A stretch of DNA of 64,000 nucleotides from Candidatus Thalassarchaeaceae archaeon (lineage in GTDB: Archaea; Thermoplasmatota; Poseidoniia; Poseidoniales; Thalassarchaeaceae): positions 15,232 through 79,231 of the forward strand of contig JASMKR010000004.1 in NCBI GenBank assembly GCA_030749075.1, in the 5' to 3' direction. The notes below the pieces were generated by a model. That model made no database searches, was not told the DNA's origin, and saw nothing but the letters and a program-made list of their open reading frames with translations. Of this stretch, positions 58,919 to 64,000 are shown one piece after another. How positions within the stretch are numbered: the first letter of the stretch is position 1; each line of letters begins with the position of its first letter. The position numbers and the translations under genes are program-made.

Positions 58919-60510
58919 GTGAGAGCTGAATAATCGGCATCAGCTTCCTCGATGTGGATTTCGTCGACGTCCATCTGTGCTAGCTGGAGTTTGCCAGAGA
59001 GCTCATCGTTGACCGCGTGCCAGTAGGAATATGACTCGATGACCCATATTCCGGACTCGCGGGCTCCGTTGCCGCTGCCCTTGACACCACCGAACGGCAG
59101 ATGGGCCTCGGCGCCAGTGGTGGAATTGTTGATACCAGTCATGCCGGCCTTGATGCCAGTCTTGAATCGGTACGCTTCGAGCCTGTCATTGGTATAGCAG
59201 GCACTCGAAAGGCCGTATGGAGAGGCGTTGGCTAGGTGCAGAGCGTGGTCGAAGTCGCTCGCCCTGACAACTGTCACCACGGGTCCGAAGATCTCCTCAT
59301 GGAAGCACATCATGTCCTCGGTTACCTCAGCGTACACATGAGGCCACATGTAGATGCCCTCGGAGGCATCACCTAGGAAGTTGGCCGGCTTGTTGTCCTC
59401 AGTGATTATCCCCTCGCCCCAGAGCTTGGTCGCGCCGTCCGTCTCGCAAATTCCTAGTGTGGTTACGAAGTCATTCGCGTATTTCTCCGAGAGCATCGGG
59501 CCATAGAGCACATCATCATGGCGCATTGAATCGCCGATTCTGGTAGACTCCACTTTCGACATGAACTTCGACATGAACTCGTCGTAGATTTCCTCGTGGA
59601 GTATCAGGTTGCCGAGGCTCGTGCAGCGCTGACCCGCAGTGCCGAAGCCTGCCCAGTAAGCTCCTTCGACGGCGTTGTCGAGGTTGGCTGAGGGCATAAC
59701 CACGAGCGGATTCTTGCCTCCCAGCTCGAGTGAGCACGATACGAGGTTGCGACCGCAGGTTTCTCCGATCATCTTGCCCACTGCGGTTGAGCCAGTGAAG
59801 CTGATCTTGTTGACAAGGCCATCATCAACTGCGTCAACGAGGTATTGCCCAGCACCTCTACCATGCCCGTGGATGAGGTTAATCACGCCGTTCGGCAGAC
59901 CAGCCTCATGCATAATGCGTGTGAGCATGAACGAGAGCAGCGGAGCGTCCTGTGGGCTCTTCCAGACGCAAGTATTTCCGCACATTATTGCGGGTATCAT
60001 CTTCCAGAATGGTACTGCGGCAGGGAAGTTGCAGGCGTTGATAATCCCACAGACACCCAGTGGGCGGCGGTATGTGAACAGCTCCTTTTCTGGTAACTCG
60101 GAGTTCACTGTCTGCCCATACAGCCTTCGTCCCTCCGACTGGAAGAACAGACAGGTGTCTATCGCCTCCTGCACCGAACCGGCGCTCTCCTTGAGAGTCT
60201 TCCCTATCTCACGCGTCTCCACACGCACGATGTCGTCCTTGTGCTTCATCAGCAGCCTACCCATGTTGCCGATTATCTGGCCCCGAGTGGGGGCTGGCGT
60301 GGCAGCCCAGCCCGGAAAGGCCTCGCGAGCAGCGTGCAGCGCGTCGTGAACATCCTGCTTGGTTGACTGTGGAAACTCTCCGAGGCAATCGTCAAGCCAC
60401 GCTGGGTTCCTACTCTCGAAGGTGCCACCGTCGCTAGCCTGCCTCAATTCGCCGTTGACGATGTTGTAGCCCCTGATGGTCGGGCTGCCGTTCGGATTCT
60501 CGCTGCTCAT
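58915..60510 (-). CDS. NAD(P)-dependent aldehyde dehydrogenase
   Basis: Contains FTGSTAVGK, the catalytic ELGGKNP and GQRCTS, plus EEIFGPV. Start at MSSENPNG (60510) gives 531 aa. The track ORF (to 61197) runs antisense into cdc48. Confidence 0.9.
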   Translation of the reverse strand: MSSENPNGSPTIRGYNIVNGELRQASDGGTFESRNPAWLDDCLGEFPQSTKQDVHDALHAAREAFPGWAATPAPTRGQIIGNMGRLLMKHKDDIVRVETREIGKTLKESAGSVQEAIDTCLFFQSEGRRLYGQTVNSELPEKELFTYRRPLGVCGIINACNFPAAVPFWKMIPAIMCGNTCVWKSPQDAPLLSFMLTRIMHEAGLPNGVINLIHGHGRGAGQYLVDAVDDGLVNKISFTGSTAVGKMIGETCGRNLVSCSLELGGKNPLVVMPSANLDNAVEGAYWAGFGTAGQRCTSLGNLILHEEIYDEFMSKFMSKVESTRIGDSMRHDDVLYGPMLSEKYANDFVTTLGICETDGATKLWGEGIITEDNKPANFLGDASEGIYMWPHVYAEVTEDMMCFHEEIFGPVVTVVRASDFDHALHLANASPYGLSSACYTNDRLEAYRFKTGIKAGMTGINNSTTGAEAHLPFGGVKGSGNGARESGIWVIESYSYWHAVNDELSGKLQLAQMDVDEIHIEEADADYSALT

Positions 60511-60682
60511 TGCCTCGAACCCTGCCTCTAGTACGTGGGTCATGCCTCCGCGAATGCCGCCTGTGACATGAATCATGCGCATCGAACCTCCCTGTTCCGA
60601 TAACCATTTTACCTTGAGTGACACTCTCGTGTTGGTGGGTTTAAACACCCCCGAATACCGACAACTCTGCGCTGGGAGTGAT

Positions 60683-62911
60683 ATGGTGGCTGAAGATTCG
60701 TCTGATTCGCTTACTCTGAGGGTGGCCAAGGCCATCCCCAGCGATGTCGGCCATGGCCGTGCCAGAGTCCCTTTTGACAACGACCTGAACCTTAAGCCGG
60801 GCGACATCATAGAGATCGAGGGAGAGAGGAAGACCGCTGCTATTGTCTGGCGCTGCAGGCCCGAGGACGCAAACTTGGGGGTGATTAGGGTTGACGGCAT
60901 CATCCGCAAGAACGCAGGGGTGAGCTTGGGCGACCGTGCCGGAATACGGAAGGTCGAGGTCCAGCCCTGCCAGAAGCTCGTGCTGAGCCCAGTGATGGCC
61001 AAGCAGCAGAAGGTCAGGTTCGGTCCCGGCATCGAGGGATTCGCCCGCAGGGGGCTCAACAAGCGTCCGGTGGTAGCTGGTGACCGAATCTTCATCCCGG
61101 GCATGACGCTGTTCGCAGAGGCCCTACCCTTCGCCATCGTGCAGACCAACCCCAAGGGCATCGTCCAGGTTCTCCCTGACTCCGAGATCATCATCAAGGA
61201 GGACGCCGTTGACCAGGAGGAGCAGGACCTGGTCCAGACGATTTCCTACGAGGATATCGGGGGGATAGGCGACCAACTCCAGAAAGTTAGGGAGATGATA
61301 GAACTCCCGCTCAAGCACCCCATCCTGTTCCGCCGCCTCGGCATCGATCCACCACGGGGCGTTCTTCTGCACGGCCCCCCGGGTACCGGGAAGACGCTCA
61401 TCGCCAAGGCCGTGGCCTCGGAGACTAAAGCCCACTTCACCTCCATCAATGGACCCGAGATTATCTCGAAATACTACGGGGAGAGCGAAAAGCAACTGCG
61501 TGAGATATTTGACGAAGCTGCCGCTAATGCCCCTGCCATCATCTTCATCGACGAGTTGGACAGCATCGCCCCCAAGAGGGAGGACGTTACTGGCGAGGTA
61601 GAGAGGCGCGTCGTCGCTCAGCTACTGACCCTACTCGATGGGATGGGCGGACGCGACAACGTCGTCGTCATCGGTGCGACGAACCGACGCGACGCCATAG
61701 ACCAGGCTCTGCGCAGGCCAGGGCGCTTCGACCGCGAGTTGGAGATAGGCGTCCCAGACAAAATAGGAAGGGGCGAGATACTGGAAATCCACACTCGGGA
61801 CATGCCCATCAGTGATGACTACGATTCCGAATGGCTGCTCGAGAACACCTATGGCTTCGTCGGAGCCGACATCTCCGCCCTAGTGCGCGAGTCAGCCATG
61901 AAGGCCCTGAGGAGATACCTCCCAGAGATCGATTTGGACGAGGAGCAGATATCTCCTGAGGTCATAGAGAAGATGGAGGTCAGGATGTCAGATTTCAAGG
62001 AGGCTGTCAAGGAGATTGAACCCAGCGCACTAAGGGAGATCTACATTGAGGTGCCAGAGGTCACTTGGGACGAGGTCGGCGGCCTAGAGGACATCAAAGA
62101 GCGCCTCAAGGAGAGCATCGAATGGCCACTGACGATGCCTGAAAAGTTCGATCACTTTGGAATCAAACCCCCTCGCGGCATCATGCTCTTCGGAGCACCC
62201 GGAACCGGCAAGACGCTAATCGCCAAGGCCATAGCAAATGAGGCAAAGGCGAACTTCATTACTATCAAGGGACCAGAACTAATCTCCAAGTGGGTCGGCG
62301 AATCCGAGAAGGCCGTCCGAGAGGTCTTCAAGAAGGCCAAGCAATCCAGCCCCTCTATCGTCTTCCTCGATGAGTTCGAGAGCATCGCCGGAATGCGCAG
62401 GAGCAACTCGGGGGATGGATCCGATGTAATGAACCGGGTTGTCAACCAACTCCTCAGCAGCATGGACGGAGTTGAGGGCATGGAGGGCGTGATCGTGGTC
62501 GCGGCCACGAACCGCCCGGAGATGATCGATCCCGCGCTGCTGCGCAGCGGGAGATTTGAGCGGGTGCTACACATCCCGCCCCCCGACCGGGACTCGCTGA
62601 AGGCCATATTGAGTATTCACTCCAAGGACATGCCTCTTGGGAGGTTCAAGTTGGAAGATCTAGCCTCCAAGATGGACAATTACACCGGTGCAGACATCGA
62701 GGCGGTTTGCCGAGAGGCGGCCCTTATTGCCATGCGCGACGAGAAGAAGACCGTCTCGAAGAAGCACTTCGTGCAGGCAATCGATCGTGTGAGGCCTACT
62801 GTGAACGAAGACATGATGCAGTATTACGGTCGCATGGAGTCGATGCTGACCAGCGGTCTCGAGTCCGTTCGCAGGAGCTCTGGAGGGCTACCTGGCATTG
62901 AATCGATTTGA
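60683..62911 (+). CDS. cdc48: CDC48/VCP-type AAA+ ATPase (two AAA domains)
   Basis: N-domain [19 protein letters not shown]1 [15 protein letters not shown]...IIFIDELD and D2 [15 protein letters not shown]...IVFLDEFE. Start at ATG 60683 (MVAEDSS). Confidence 0.95.
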   Translation: MVAEDSSDSLTLRVAKAIPSDVGHGRARVPFDNDLNLKPGDIIEIEGERKTAAIVWRCRPEDANLGVIRVDGIIRKNAGVSLGDRAGIRKVEVQPCQKLVLSPVMAKQQKVRFGPGIEGFARRGLNKRPVVAGDRIFIPGMTLFAEALPFAIVQTNPKGIVQVLPDSEIIIKEDAVDQEEQDLVQTISYEDIGGIGDQLQKVREMIELPLKHPILFRRLGIDPPRGVLLHGPPGTGKTLIAKAVASETKAHFTSINGPEIISKYYGESEKQLREIFDEAAANAPAIIFIDELDSIAPKREDVTGEVERRVVAQLLTLLDGMGGRDNVVVIGATNRRDAIDQALRRPGRFDRELEIGVPDKIGRGEILEIHTRDMPISDDYDSEWLLENTYGFVGADISALVRESAMKALRRYLPEIDLDEEQISPEVIEKMEVRMSDFKEAVKEIEPSALREIYIEVPEVTWDEVGGLEDIKERLKESIEWPLTMPEKFDHFGIKPPRGIMLFGAPGTGKTLIAKAIANEAKANFITIKGPELISKWVGESEKAVREVFKKAKQSSPSIVFLDEFESIAGMRRSNSGDGSDVMNRVVNQLLSSMDGVEGMEGVIVVAATNRPEMIDPALLRSGRFERVLHIPPPDRDSLKAILSIHSKDMPLGRFKLEDLASKMDNYTGADIEAVCREAALIAMRDEKKTVSKKHFVQAIDRVRPTVNEDMMQYYGRMESMLTSGLESVRRSSGGLPGIESI

Positions 62912-62919
62912 GGGAGAAG

Positions 62920-63162
62920 ATGCGAACGACCTTCGGCCAGGAGATTCTGACCAGGAAGGTGGTGGACGCTGCGGGTGACCTGCTCGGTCACCTCGCTGAC
63001 TACAGCATCGACGTCGACACAGGCAACATTGTAGCTATACTAGTCGTTACCGAATCCGGAATAGACCCCAACGAGTTGCCTTGGCCCACCTCTGAGGGCC
63101 TGCTCACCGTGCCCGTGGAGGAAGTTGCCAACGTCGGCACGGTCGTTGAACTCTCCCGTTGA
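62920..63162 (+). CDS. PRC-barrel domain protein
   Basis: GQEILTRKVVDAAGDLLGHLADYSIDVDTGNIVAILV is the PRC-barrel core. Sits directly after cdc48 (the TTG at 62908 overlaps its stop; ATG at 62920). Confidence 0.6.
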   Translation: MRTTFGQEILTRKVVDAAGDLLGHLADYSIDVDTGNIVAILVVTESGIDPNELPWPTSEGLLTVPVEEVANVGTVVELSR

Positions 63163-63253
63163 GGCGATGCACCACCCGTTCATGGTCGCATAACGGTCTT
63201 AAGACCAACTTCAGGCTCGACGCGACGTAGTACGTTAGGGAGGGACGGAAACG

Positions 63254-64000
63254 ATGAACTGGAAGCAATTGTCCCGTAAATTGACATCGAGGAGGGGTAG
63301 AAGGACGGCGCTGGTCCTCTCCTTCTGGTCTTTGCTGGTCATCCTAGTCCTGTCAATCGCGATGACCTACGTGGTTCCCGGCCAGACCCAGCAGTCGGCC
63401 TACGGGGACGAGTGGAATGACCTCGGAGCCTTCCGAGCAGAGTTGAACGATTTGGGCATCGAGACTACCGCACTAGTCTCCAGCCCGCTCCTTCTGAGCG
63501 ATATCGACCATCCCGAACAGACCGTCTTCATCGTCTCCGGAGTCGAGAGGGACACCATCTCCCTCCCTAGGTTCACCGGGGACGATAATGTGATTCAGTT
63601 CTCCGAGGGCGACGGCTACACCTCCTCTGAGATCGTGGCCATCCAGGACTTCGTCAATAGAGGTGGAACCGTCATGCTGATGGACGACTTCGGCTACTCG
63701 AGCAACCTCGCAGCCGAGTTCGGTCTCGAATACACGAATCACAGGCTCTATGCCGATCACAGCTATGACACCACCCTCGGCTCCGACTTCGTTTGGGTCA
63801 ACACCACCTCTGCGTTCAACTTCACCTCCGCCCCGGGCACCCAGACCCAAGTAAATCCCTGCTTAAGGGACCTCGACGAGGACGGAGTTGTCGATGTGTT
63901 AGACAACGATCCGGACGATCCTGAGGTGGGTGCAAACTTGGTCAACTCGAGGACCTCAGGGCTTTGCGCCCACAGGTTCCTTGGAATTGACGAGTTCACA
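63254..64000 (+). CDS. N-terminally membrane-anchored extracytoplasmic protein (3' end runs off the right edge)
   Basis: My own translation (not in the track). MNWKQLSRKLTSRRGRRTALVLSFWSLLVILVLSIAMTYVV is followed by ...VFIVSGVERD...FVNRGGTVMLMDDFGYSSN (GldG/DUF4350-like, tentative) and DLDEDGVVDVLDNDPDDPE (Ca-binding-like). The frame is open to position 64000. Confidence 0.6.
   Translation, partial: MNWKQLSRKLTSRRGRRTALVLSFWSLLVILVLSIAMTYVVPGQTQQSAYGDEWNDLGAFRAELNDLGIETTALVSSPLLLSDIDHPEQTVFIVSGVERDTISLPRFTGDDNVIQFSEGDGYTSSEIVAIQDFVNRGGTVMLMDDFGYSSNLAAEFGLEYTNHRLYADHSYDTTLGSDFVWVNTTSAFNFTSAPGTQTQVNPCLRDLDEDGVVDVLDNDPDDPEVGANLVNSRTSGLCAHRFLGIDEFT

Noticed and set aside
60511-61197. N-terminal 229 codons of the 760-aa ORF containing the aldehyde dehydrogenase.
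   Set aside because: They run antisense through the N-domain of cdc48 and look non-protein-like. ALDH homology starts near MSSENPNG...NIVNGE.
1-64000. Scan for rRNA genes, CRISPR arrays, IS elements or transposases, inteins in polB/infB/cdc48/uvrB, and obvious toxin-antitoxin or restriction-modification pairs.
   Set aside because: I recognised none by eye. The protein lengths and colinearity of polB, infB, cdc48 and uvrB leave no room for inteins. Covariance-model searches for SRP RNA, RNase P and C/D sRNAs were not possible, so small ncRNAs may have been missed.

Overview
GC-rich, gene-dense archaeal chromosomal segment. The gene content is euryarchaeal, and a marine planktonic Poseidoniales-like (MG-II) origin is a guess, not a measurement. 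I support about 66 protein genes on both strands and 2 tRNAs. I saw no rRNA, CRISPR array, transposase or IS end. Most of the window is housekeeping. Information processing: Sec61beta, S8e, SRP19, family-B DNA polymerase, EF-1alpha and S10, a GINS-like protein, and the L7Ae-S28e-L24e...ndk-aIF5B cluster. Also PRPP synthase, deoxyhypusine synthase, UvrB, an Hjc-like resolvase, MC1 chromatin protein and CDC48. Metabolism and envelope: a UbiD/UbiA pair with geranylgeranyl reductase and CcmF, the sdhCAB operon, aldehyde dehydrogenase, lysine 6-aminotransferase, a P1B metal ATPase, and several secreted proteins or lipoproteins. Many long ORFs in the supplied track are antisense shadows or 5' over-extensions typical of GC-rich DNA. 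I trimmed starts accordingly, and several starts remain uncertain. The most interesting region is the co-directional block at 5395-9566. It encodes a SAP-domain (DNA-binding motif) single-pass membrane protein, then a Soj/ParA ATPase. An EamA/DMT transporter follows 1 nt after the parA stop, and its N-terminus reads MAERGLGRGLGSM, the ParA-activating peptide of ParB. No ParB DNA-binding domain is present anywhere in the window. I read this as a candidate membrane-linked ParA positioning or segregation module. Other leads: a second ParA paralog with a mutated P-loop (KGGCSRTT) directly after MoxR; a GIY-YIG nuclease-domain protein with two CCHC zinc knuckles; and a Glu/Arg-rich coiled-coil protein. 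Further leads are a triple zinc-ribbon protein coupled to the metal ATPase, a collagen-repeat/cupredoxin-like lipoprotein, a roughly 120-bp island of about 16% G+C, and two opposite-strand genes interrupting a conserved archaeal ribosomal cluster. All functional calls rest on motif recognition by eye; no database search was run.
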